The notes below the pieces were generated by a model. The model was not told the DNA's origin. It worked only from the letters and a program-made list of their open reading frames with translations, and searched no databases. 41,683 nucleotides of DNA from a virus (taxonomy: Duplodnaviria; Caudoviricetes): positions 1 to 41,683 of the IMG/VR virus record IMGVR_UViG_3300043414_001022; one strand, written 5' to 3'. The position numbers and the translations under genes are program-made. This document shows, in pieces, positions 26,238 through 36,100 of the stretch (the stretch's first letter is position 1; each line of letters opens with the position of its first letter).

Positions 26238-26632
26238 TGTCCCCCTTCGACAAAGCCATCGTCTGGCAGCGCGAGCACAGCACCGAGCCCTTCGAGGATC
26301 TCCTCGCCTGGCACTTGCGCCACGGCCTTGTCCACAGCACGCCCACCGTCTTCCTCCTCGCCCACGAAGCCCACTACGACCCCGCCACTAATACCATGAC
26401 CTACGACCTCCCCCCAAATGCCTGGTTCGTCCCGCTCGCCGCCGCGACTGGCCACGCTAACCCCATCGCCGAGTTCCTCCGCATTGTCGGTCGCCCGCAT
26501 GAGTGGGCCGCCTGGTGCCGACACAATGCCGTCCGCATACACGCCTACCCATGGAGCAAGCTCGCCGCCCGCGTCGGCCTTGGAGGGACAACCTCCGTGT
26601 CGTCCGTAGCTTCCGAAGGGAGGGTAGCGTAA
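26237..26632 (+). CDS. Hypothetical protein
   Basis: TAATG overlaps on both sides. Confidence 0.65.
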   Translation: MSPFDKAIVWQREHSTEPFEDLLAWHLRHGLVHSTPTVFLLAHEAHYDPATNTMTYDLPPNAWFVPLAAATGHANPIAEFLRIVGRPHEWAAWCRHNAVRIHAYPWSKLAARVGLGGTTSVSSVASEGRVA

Positions 26633-27906
26633 TGGGTGGCTCAGGCTCTAAACCTAAAAAGCAAAATTCTCCACCACAGGCGCAGCCCATCAACTACAGC
26701 AAGTTGATGAAGAAGGGCAACGAGCAGGCCAAAACTCAATACAATAACCAGCTCACCGCCCAGATCGACGCTTACCCGAAACTTGAAACCCTCCAACTCG
26801 GCACGATTGGCAAGCTCTCCGACAGCCTCTCTGGCAACAACAACGCCTATACCCAACGCGCCACCAACCAACTCGTCGCCGCCGAAGACCAGGTAAACCA
26901 GATCGGCCGCATCGGCGACTACACCGAGCAGCTCGGCTACCAAGCCGCTGGAGACCTCAATGGCACCGACATCGAGCGCGAACTCCAGCGCCAAGCCAAA
27001 GGCGACCTCGCCCTCGGCCGCAGCCTCAGCCCTGAGCAGGAACGGGCCGCCACCCAGCAAGCCCGCGCCGGTATGTCCGCCCGTGGACTCGGCACAGGCA
27101 CCGGAGCGCTCGCCGCCGAAGTGCTCAACCGCGACGCCTACGCCACTCAACGCGAAGCCGACCGGCGCACATTTGCCGGAGCCACCAATCAAATGCTTGT
27201 GGGCAACCGCCAGAACCGCCTCGGCCTCGTCGGTAATATCCTCGGCCAAAGCGCCAACACGCGCCTCAACCAAGCCAACCTCCGCGCCAGCCTCGCCGGA
27301 GCCAATGTGACCATAGACCCCTATGCCCGCGCCATGAACCCCGCCCTCGGCATGGGAGCCAATACGCTCGGCCAAAGCGGAGCTATGATCGGCCAGACGT
27401 GGAACAACGCCACCGAGATGGGTGGAAACATCGAGAGCTTCAATGCCAACATGCTCGACTCGCGCTGGAACACGGTGCAGAACAACAACGCCGCGTTGGA
27501 AGCGGCAGGCATGACCAGCGGAGCCAGCTCGAACGCCGCTTGGATGAGTATGCTCGGCAGCGGCATGCAGGCAGGCGGGTCGCTTGGCGGAGCAGCCATA
27601 TCAAAATCCGACCGGCGCTTGAAGAAAGACATCAAGCCCATCGGCAAAGGCGGAGCAGGCGGCATCCTCGGCCTCACCACCTACGAGTTCCGCTACAAAG
27701 AGGGCGACGACAAGAAGCACATCGGCTTCATGGCGCAGGATGTGCAAAAGGTTCTCCCTGAGGCCGTCGAAGAATTTGACTACAAAGGCAAGAAGCGTCT
27801 CGCCATCAAGCCCAAGGTCATCGGCGACGCCATCGCCGAGATTCTATCTCAGGGGCAATCAGTCCTGTTTGAAAAAGGCTACACCGTAGGCTCCGGCCAG
27901 AAGTAA
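26632..27906 (+). CDS. Internal virion / ejection protein with C-terminal peptidase S74 (intramolecular chaperone) domain
   Basis: Q/N/A/G-rich helical body (ARGLGTGTG); SDRRLKKDI...HIGFMAQDVQKVLPEAV. Confidence 0.75.
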   Translation: MGGSGSKPKKQNSPPQAQPINYSKLMKKGNEQAKTQYNNQLTAQIDAYPKLETLQLGTIGKLSDSLSGNNNAYTQRATNQLVAAEDQVNQIGRIGDYTEQLGYQAAGDLNGTDIERELQRQAKGDLALGRSLSPEQERAATQQARAGMSARGLGTGTGALAAEVLNRDAYATQREADRRTFAGATNQMLVGNRQNRLGLVGNILGQSANTRLNQANLRASLAGANVTIDPYARAMNPALGMGANTLGQSGAMIGQTWNNATEMGGNIESFNANMLDSRWNTVQNNNAALEAAGMTSGASSNAAWMSMLGSGMQAGGSLGGAAISKSDRRLKKDIKPIGKGGAGGILGLTTYEFRYKEGDDKKHIGFMAQDVQKVLPEAVEEFDYKGKKRLAIKPKVIGDAIAEILSQGQSVLFEKGYTVGSGQK

Positions 27907-27908
27907 CC

Positions 27909-28553
27909 ATGGAAAACTTTGACTCCTACCTCCAGCGCAACGGCTACGCCAAGGGCACCTACTTGCAGCCCAGCGAAGCCAAGAGCCTCTATGCCTCCTA
28001 CTCATCAGGCTCAAATGCCGCCGCCCCATGGGCCATTGCCACAGCCCCCAAGCCACAGGCCCAGCAGCAAGGCGACAACGGAATGATGGGCACAGCCGCA
28101 GGCATCGCCTCCAACTATGTCGGCGGCGGCAGCGGAGCCAGTGGCGGCGGTGGAGCGAGCGGTATGGGCGGAGGGTGGGCAGGCGTGCCACAAGGAGCAG
28201 CTAACGGCTTCATGGCAGGCGTCTATAACACGCAGACCGACCCAAACATGACCAACAAGAAGGACGGCTTTGGCACCAAATACAAAGATTCCCGAGCCAT
28301 GGCGGGCGGCGCAATCCTCGGCGGCGTCATGGGCTACTACGGCCTCGGCTCCCTCGCCGGTCCCGCCACCATCGCCGCGCACAAATTTATGGAGCCAGCC
28401 ACCCGATCTGCCATCAAGTGGGGCGACTCCTGGGGCGGCGCAGGCGGAGCGCTCATGGTCGATCCCATCGGCACCGTAGCCAGCGGCAAATACTCCGGTG
28501 GCGAACTCGCCAAAGGCGCCCTCCTCGGACCCTTCACCAAAGCCTTCAAATAA
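27909..28553 (+). CDS. Gly-rich putative internal virion protein
   Basis: Glycine-zipper-like hydrophobic segments. Confidence 0.6.
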   Translation: MENFDSYLQRNGYAKGTYLQPSEAKSLYASYSSGSNAAAPWAIATAPKPQAQQQGDNGMMGTAAGIASNYVGGGSGASGGGGASGMGGGWAGVPQGAANGFMAGVYNTQTDPNMTNKKDGFGTKYKDSRAMAGGAILGGVMGYYGLGSLAGPATIAAHKFMEPATRSAIKWGDSWGGAGGALMVDPIGTVASGKYSGGELAKGALLGPFTKAFK

Positions 28554-28562
28554 AATCCCCCT

Positions 28563-29066
28563 ATGACCTATAACCCCGCCACCTCAGACCGCTCGGCAGA
28601 AATCCTGACCAATGCCAGCAACCAGGCCGCTTCACTCCAACTCCAAGGCATGCAAAACCTCGGCAATTCTATCGCCGCCATGGGCGACTCACTCGGGGAT
28701 GCGTTTGAGAAAAGCAACGCCAGAGCCAGGGAAAACGCAGCCAAGGCCGACACCAACTTAGGCACAGCAGAAGCCATCGACAGAATTCTCGGAGATTACG
28801 GCTCGCCAGAACAACGCCAAGCCTTTCGTGAGGGCTTAAATAAAATGTCCGGCAACCAGGATAAAACATCAGGCTACATCGCCATGCACGTGCCGATAGC
28901 CAACGCCTTTGTCGAACTCAATAAATCCAAACAGATCGCAACGGCCCAATACAACAACAACCTCCAACTCGCCAAACAGAAAGCAGCCCTCGGTGGTGGG
29001 GGTAGTGCGTCAAATCCCTTCTTCTCGGTGGATATCGCCGACGGCGTTGACACCTCTCAGGATTGA
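28563..29066 (+). CDS. Putative internal virion protein
   Basis: MTYNPATSDRSAEIL...; helical, located in the ejection cluster. Confidence 0.6.
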   Translation: MTYNPATSDRSAEILTNASNQAASLQLQGMQNLGNSIAAMGDSLGDAFEKSNARARENAAKADTNLGTAEAIDRILGDYGSPEQRQAFREGLNKMSGNQDKTSGYIAMHVPIANAFVELNKSKQIATAQYNNNLQLAKQKAALGGGGSASNPFFSVDIADGVDTSQD

Positions 29067-29082
29067 CACCAATCAGTAGAAT
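29063..29082 (+). promoter_or_regulatory. TTGACA-N8-TAGAAT motif
   Basis: 6 nt before ATG 29089; a second TTGACA lies at 29047. Confidence 0.5.
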
Positions 29083-29088
29083 ATCCCC

Positions 29089-30126
29089 ATGGCATCCCCC
29101 GCACAAAACGCTATCGCAAACACCGTGCCGCTTCCGCAAATGGATCCTAATGCGGACCCGAACAACATTCTTCCTACCGGCGCAGCTCTTTCGGCACTCG
29201 ATCCCAACGATCCCACCGCCGCACAGCAACCCGTAGGCAGCGCCATGGATGCCATGGCTGGGCAGGATGAGGAGCCGATGGATGCCGTTACCGCACAGCT
29301 TGCCGCAGGCAAACGCATTCGCATTACCAGCCAAGCGCAATGGAACGCCATGTCTCCCCACCAAAAGGAAGTCGTCCGTGCTGCCATGTCCACCGGCGGC
29401 CAGCTCCGCGCCGGTGACGCTGTGCGCATCTACCAAGACAGCGTGAAACGCGCTCGCGCTAACCAAGTCCAGACCGTGACAACCAGCGACGGCCGCAAGG
29501 TGGATATGGTTAACAACCAGATCATCCCAGCGGCTAAGGAGCCCGAGCAGGTCAAGCGCGAGATCAGGGAAACGGCTGACGGTTTGAGAGCTATTGATCC
29601 CCTGACAGGAGAATCATTTCAAGTTTACGACAAATACTCAGGCTCTGCTGTAACAGGTAGGCCCAAAATCTCGGAAGACAACCGAGTGCAGTTTAACCAG
29701 GCGCACATCGAGCTTCAGCGCATCCAAAGTGAGTTGAATCAAGTCAACGCTATTCCAACTAATAAGAAAGTGACCCAAGACGACAATGGAATGTGGGTTC
29801 CTTCAGATAGTTTTTTTGGAGGAGAAAACCCAGAGAAGGTCAAAGCGCGATTGCTCAAGGATGCTGATTATCAAAGCGAGAAAATCCGCAAGATCGACCC
29901 GACCAACTCGGTGAGCGCAGCGGCCGCATCTCAACCCGCCGCCACTCCATCTCCCACACCAAGCGCAACTCCTTCGCCATCCCCGACGCCCGCACCCATC
30001 CGATCCGCCGCACCGCAACCCACTCCAAACCCCATGCCTACTCCTGATAAGTTTATTGTCGGCAGAACCTACAAAGACGGCAAAGGCAAAACGGCAACCT
30101 ACCGTGGCAATGGAGTGTTTGAATGA
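29089..30126 (+). CDS. Putative internal virion protein
   Basis: Pro/Thr linker and short C-terminal beta module; ATGA-coupled to the giant gene. Confidence 0.65.
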   Translation: MASPAQNAIANTVPLPQMDPNADPNNILPTGAALSALDPNDPTAAQQPVGSAMDAMAGQDEEPMDAVTAQLAAGKRIRITSQAQWNAMSPHQKEVVRAAMSTGGQLRAGDAVRIYQDSVKRARANQVQTVTTSDGRKVDMVNNQIIPAAKEPEQVKREIRETADGLRAIDPLTGESFQVYDKYSGSAVTGRPKISEDNRVQFNQAHIELQRIQSELNQVNAIPTNKKVTQDDNGMWVPSDSFFGGENPEKVKARLLKDADYQSEKIRKIDPTNSVSAAAASQPAATPSPTPSATPSPSPTPAPIRSAAPQPTPNPMPTPDKFIVGRTYKDGKGKTATYRGNGVFE

Positions 30127-33100
30127 GTTTCGACCCCTCCACAGCAGTCCTTCTCGAAGAGGAACCTCCGGCATTTGATCCCTCCTCGGCCGTCCCGCTT
30201 GAGGAGTTTGACGCCTCCTCGGCCATGCTGGTCGAAGACGCCCCTGCCTTGCCAGGTGCGACGCCATCTCCCGTGCCGGAGCCGGACGAGGCGATTGATT
30301 TCCTGCGCGATGCCGAGCGCAACGGCCAAGCCGCCGACGACCAAGGCATAAAGGAAGGTATCTTCCCCCAAGGCAGCACGCCGTGGAAGACCCTCGATGG
30401 CCGACTCTACATCGACCCCGCCCGCTACAACATGGCCGTGGAGCAAATGTGGAATCTCGGCGTGATCGACTCCACCAACTACACCTCACTCCTCAAGGGA
30501 ACGGTGGACCAATGGGACGAAGCCAGCCAGACCTACATCCCCAGCGTGGAGAAGGCCACAGCCGCCCGCCGCGACCTCGAGCGCCGCGCCGGTGCATTCC
30601 TCCAAGTAAAAGCCGCCGCCTCCGGTTTCCTTAAAGGAACCATGCAGGCAGGTGCCGCCATCGTCGCAGGCCCAGCGGCCGCTGCCGCCACCAGCTTTAC
30701 TGGCCCCGGCGCTGTGGCTGTGGGCCTCACAGCAGGCACAGGCGCTGTCTTAGCCGTGGGAGCCGCCTACGACAAAGCCCTCGAAGCCTCGGCCAAGGAA
30801 AGCGACCTGCTCGATAGCTTCTACGCCGCCAACCAACTCGCCCCTGGCTACAACTCCGCCGGCCAACTTGTCTCGATCCTCGTCCCGACTCCCGTCTCAG
30901 TGTCGCGCCTGGCAAACGCCGCCAACCTCATTCGCGCTGAGAAGGGCGGAGCCGAAGCCGCCAAGTTTATCAGCGGAGCCCTCGGCACAGGAGCCGCCAT
31001 AGGCGTGGGAACGGATGTCGCCATCCAAGCCGCCAACATCGGCCTCGACAAACTCATTCACCCCGAGATCAACCCCCTCATCGCCGCCGAGCAATACCGC
31101 CAGACAGGCCAGCAGCCGCCGCAACGCCCCAAGTTTGACCCCGCCAGCACAGCCATATCCGGCACCCTCGGCGCACTCACCGCGGGCATCGGCGTGAAGG
31201 CTCGCAATAAAACCTACGCACCCGAGGAGCTTGTCACCCTGGAGAACCAAGTGCGCACCGGCCGCGCCAGCCGACAAGATGCCGAGGATTACAATGTCAT
31301 GCGCCAAGCGGTGGAAACCCTCCGCTCCGACGAGCGACTCATCGACGCCCAAGCCATCCGCCGCGCCACCGTGGACGCCGCAGGCTTCCGCTTCCTCGAC
31401 ACCACCGAGATCATCAACCCTCGCTTCCAGCAAGCCGCCCTCGCCGACGCCGGATTCACGCCCCGTCCAAGCCAACCCGCCATTCCCTACGCCGCCGAGA
31501 ATCCCCAGGCCGCCATCCCGATCCAAGGCCAACCCGCCGCCTACACCGGCCAAGCCTTCCTTAACCGTGGCGGCGCAGCGCCAGCCTTCCAAGGCGGATC
31601 CAACGCCCTGCCCGGCCCCGAGGGGATTCAAACCCTACCCGCACCGGCAGCAGTTAACCCACAGGTTAACCCGCCCGTGGTATCAAATGATACCTTCGAC
31701 CCTTCGACTGCCGTTGAGATTCCCCCCGCCGCCTCGCCATTTCAGACTACATCCGAGTCATATCAATCCGCTCGGAGCAGGCCGTTTGAAAACCTGCTCA
31801 CTGAATTTAACAAGCTGCCCGCAGAGCAAATTCAATCACGCCTCCAAGGGATGCATGAAAAAGCGCGAGCACTTGGCCAAAGCAAGAAAACCGAGTTTGA
31901 GTCTGAGCAGTTGCACAAAACTGCTAACGATCTCAATAACCATTTCTTTCTAATCCTCAATCCAGATCAAGTTACGCCTCAAAATATTGCTCATGCGCAA
32001 TCTTACGGCTTTGCCATTCCCCCTGAAGCCTCTGCCCCAGTGGCAAGCGCAACAATAGCGCCTGAAGCGACAGGCTCACCCGAAGTGATCAGCGGGGAGG
32101 GGTCTCCTATTTCCAAAGTGGAGGGAATGAAGCCGGTTTATTTTCCGGTCAGCCAACTCAAGCTCTCCAAAGATGTGCCGAACTTCAAGGACGACGCCGA
32201 CCCAAACACCGGCGTGGTGCGTGGCAATGAACTACAGGGCGAGACTGATCCTCGTGGACTTGCCCCTATCCAGGCGTGGCGCAGACTCAATGGCGATGTG
32301 GAAGTCATCTCCGGCCGCCACCGATTTGATTTATTCCGGCGCAACAACGAGCCTGTCATACCGACGCAGATTTTCAATGAAGCCGATGGATTTACCAAGC
32401 AGGACGCATTAACATTAGACGCAGAACTCAATATCCGAGATGAACAAGGAACAACCAAAGACTACGCCAACTACTTCCGAAACTCAGCCCTCTCCTATGA
32501 CGAGGCAAGAAAGAGAAGCCTTCTTTCGAGGGCTAAAGGACGTGCCGGTTTCAGTATCGGGGCGCTGGGCTCCGATGATCTCTACGCACTACAGCAAGGA
32601 GGGAGAATATCCGACGCGAAAGCCGAAGCCATAGCGCTCGCCGCCCCCCGCGATGTCGAGCTGCAACGCATAGGCATCACCTACGCCAAGGAGTTCTCCC
32701 CCGAGGCGCTCACCCAACTCATCCGCACCAGCCAGCGGGCCAAGTCTCCCTCCGCCAAGCAAGGCGACCTCTTTGGCAACTCGGATGACAACCTCAACAA
32801 GGCCGTCGCCTTGGTAAAGGCCAGCCAAGCCCGCATCCAAGTCATCGACAATCAAATTCTCAGCGTGAAGGGCGCGGTAAAACGACCCGAAGCCGCACGC
32901 GAAATGGGAGTGGATGTCAAAAATCCCGAGGCCATCCTGGCGAAGATCGCCGAGCTGCAACAGGCCCGGGAAAGATATGTAAACTTCCTCGATGACCCCG
33001 CCACACTGGCCGAGGTGCGCCTGCTGGCCTTTGGCGAGGAGCAAGTGCCGCTCTTCACGCAAACGCAAGACCCGTTCAACCTCACCAGCGAGCCGCCGCC

Positions 33101-36100
33101 GCCAGCCACCCCCGCCAGCGCCGAAGACGCCGAGGCCGCCCGCCGCGCCGCCGCAATCAAGGACGGCTACGACAGCACGCCCTCGATGTTTGACGCAGGC
33201 CCGGCTCCCAAATCCCGCAGCAAGTCGATGGCCGACGCCGGACCGCAAGCGCCGGTCATGCCCGCCGCGACCACCATCCCCAAGCCCGCGCTCAATACCT
33301 ACAACGATGCCCAAGTTTTTGCCGACTACCCCGATGCCGTTGGCGTAGTGCGCGCCATGAATGGCACATGGACCATGCCGCTCATCCTTGGCGGCCTGGA
33401 CAAGGTGCCGGTGGTCGAGATGCCCGAGGCCGTGGAGTTTGTCAAAGCCCTCTCCGGAGGCAGCCCCACGGTGCAAATTCCCCGCAAGCGCAATGCGCTC
33501 GGGAGCTTCAGCCCCAACGGCCAAGGAGTCATCACCCTGCACCCCGACCTCATCAAAGCCGGTGGCGAAGCCTCGGCCATGATGACCTTCATGCACGAAA
33601 TCGGGCACAATATCCAATTCATGGACGACTTCCGCATGGAGAAGGGGAATCTCCTGGGAATCATCTCTGGCAAGCCAACGCTCAAGCAAGGCATCCCGCT
33701 CGATCCAAACCCTGCGCCGGTGGAAGGTTGGGCCTACAGCCAGCAACCCATCACCAGCAAGCAACGCGAAGGCATCCGCAAGAAAGCCGAGGCAGACCTC
33801 CGCGCCTCCCTCGAAGGCGAAGTGCGCAAGGTGATCGTTAACGAACCCATCTACGCACAGAGCGGCGTGACGCCCGAGATTGTCAAAGGACTCTTTGGCC
33901 TCGACGGCCGCGAGCAATGGCCGGAACTCTACGATTGGTTCGCCCGGCAGGATGGAGCCACCAAGGCCAACATCGTCAAGCAAGCCATGAAGGGAATCCT
34001 CGACTCACGCCTGGCAAAGTTCCAAGTGCAGGGCGAGCAGATCGGGACCAACACCCGCGAGGAAACGCAGAACATCGGCGGCCGCGAGCCCACCCAAGAC
34101 GAACTCCGCGAAGCCTTCCACGCCGCCATGCGCAGCGAGATGAACGCTCGAAATGTGGCGGACCTCAAATACATCCGCCAAGAACTCATCGACCTGACCA
34201 AATGGTGGAAGCCCTTCGACATCACCCGCGCCACGCCGCAACACCTCGCCTACCGCTTCAGCCCCGAGGAACTCTTCGCCGACGCCATGAGCGTGCTCCT
34301 CAACAGCCCCGCCGACCTCAAGACCCGCGCCCCTATTTTCTACGACACCTTCTGGAACAACCTGGACTCCCGCCCGCAAGTCAAAGCCAAGCTGGTGGAC
34401 ATCTACGACCGCATCAGCAAAGGCCGCGACGCCGTGCTGGATAAGCGCCAGGCGAGGGACTGGGAGAACTATGGCAAGGGCGACCAGGCATTCCTCGACG
34501 CGTTCAATAAAGCCACCTCCCGCCGCGAAGCCCTCACCGGGCTTTGGGAAAATCTCAAGGATCAATACTACGACGAATTTTATCCGCTCACATCGGCCAT
34601 CGAGCAAGGGCGCAAAGAGGGCAAGCTACCTACTGCGGATAACGATCCCTACCGCTACCTCACCGAGGAGCACCCTATGGCCGACGGCCGCCTGCAACTC
34701 CGAATGGTCGATATGCAGCGCGTGCTCATGGGCCTCGATAAGGTTGGCCTGCCGCATTACAAGCTGGACGATTACCTGCGATACACCCGCATTGCCTTTG
34801 AGAAATACGAAGTCACCAAAGAAGTGGACGGGCAAATGGTCACGCTGGGCTATGAGTTAAGCCCTACCAATTTCAACCCCGAGGGAGAAACCCAGCGAAC
34901 CGCACAGGACCGCCTCGACTACATGCAAAGGAACATGTCGCCAGAGCAGTGGGCTGTCTTGCAGCAATCGGCCAAGGATTTTCGAGATCAATTCCAGGAT
35001 GTCGTCAAATTTTACTGGGAAGAGGGAATGCTTTCGGACGAGCTCTGGGAGAAATTTAACACGAACGACAACTACGCCACCTTCACGGTTATGGAATACG
35101 TGAAGGGCTACACCTCAAGCCGCATGGTATCCAGGCAAGGCACGACCAAGCCCATCTACCGCCCCACGGTGGAAATGCCCAAGAAGATGGTGAGTATGTT
35201 TCGTGCCGCTCAAAGGAATAAATTTAAGCGCGTCATGGTGCCGCAACTCACGAAGGTAAATCCTGACATTGCCAAGCCCGCGCCGATGAAATTCAACGGC
35301 AAATTCATGGAGCCGCAAAAGCCTACAGAAGACGGTTACGAACTGGTCACCTGGCGGGAGAAGGGCCAAACCGTAGGAGCCCATGTGCGCACCCGCTGGG
35401 CCGAAGCCGTCAACCACCACTCCCCGGCCATGGGAGATGTCATCCTCAAAAGCCTCAACTGGGGATTCCGCGAATCCGTTTACAAGCTCATCATCCAATA
35501 CAACCCGAACTTCCAGCTCTTCACAGGACCGGTGAAAGATTTCGGCAGAGCATTGGTCAACCAACCAGGCGGGATCAAAGGCAGGTTGTCCCTCATCAAG
35601 AACATGACAAAGGATGTTCTGGCACTGTCCCAAAGCCGCGACGGCCGCCGCGTGCTGATGGAATTTAGCGGCACATCCCTCGCCGGTATCGTCGGGGCTA
35701 CAGGTGGAGCTGCCCTGGGAAGCGCAGCGGGGCCAGCAGGCATGGCCCTCGGTGGAGTTGTGGCCGGTAATGCTGCAACCTATGCGGGATTTTTTGCCGG
35801 GCGGATGTTTGCCGCCGCCATCGAGACACTGCCATGGCTGCCGGACGATCCCTCCGCCTCGGTGGATTGGGCACGCGGCGACCTTGGCCGCAACGCCCTC
35901 ATGCGCGAGATGATCGAGAACTATGCCATCGGCGGGCCTTGGGCCTACCTCGGGCGAGGCACGGCCACCAGCAATCCAGACAAAGCCATCGATGCGCTCA
36001 TGGCTAAATTCAATGTCGGCGGGGAATCCAAGCCGCTGCCATGGATTTACAGGCAGGTTGCCAACTATTTCAACGATGTCGAATTAGCCGGGCAAATCCT

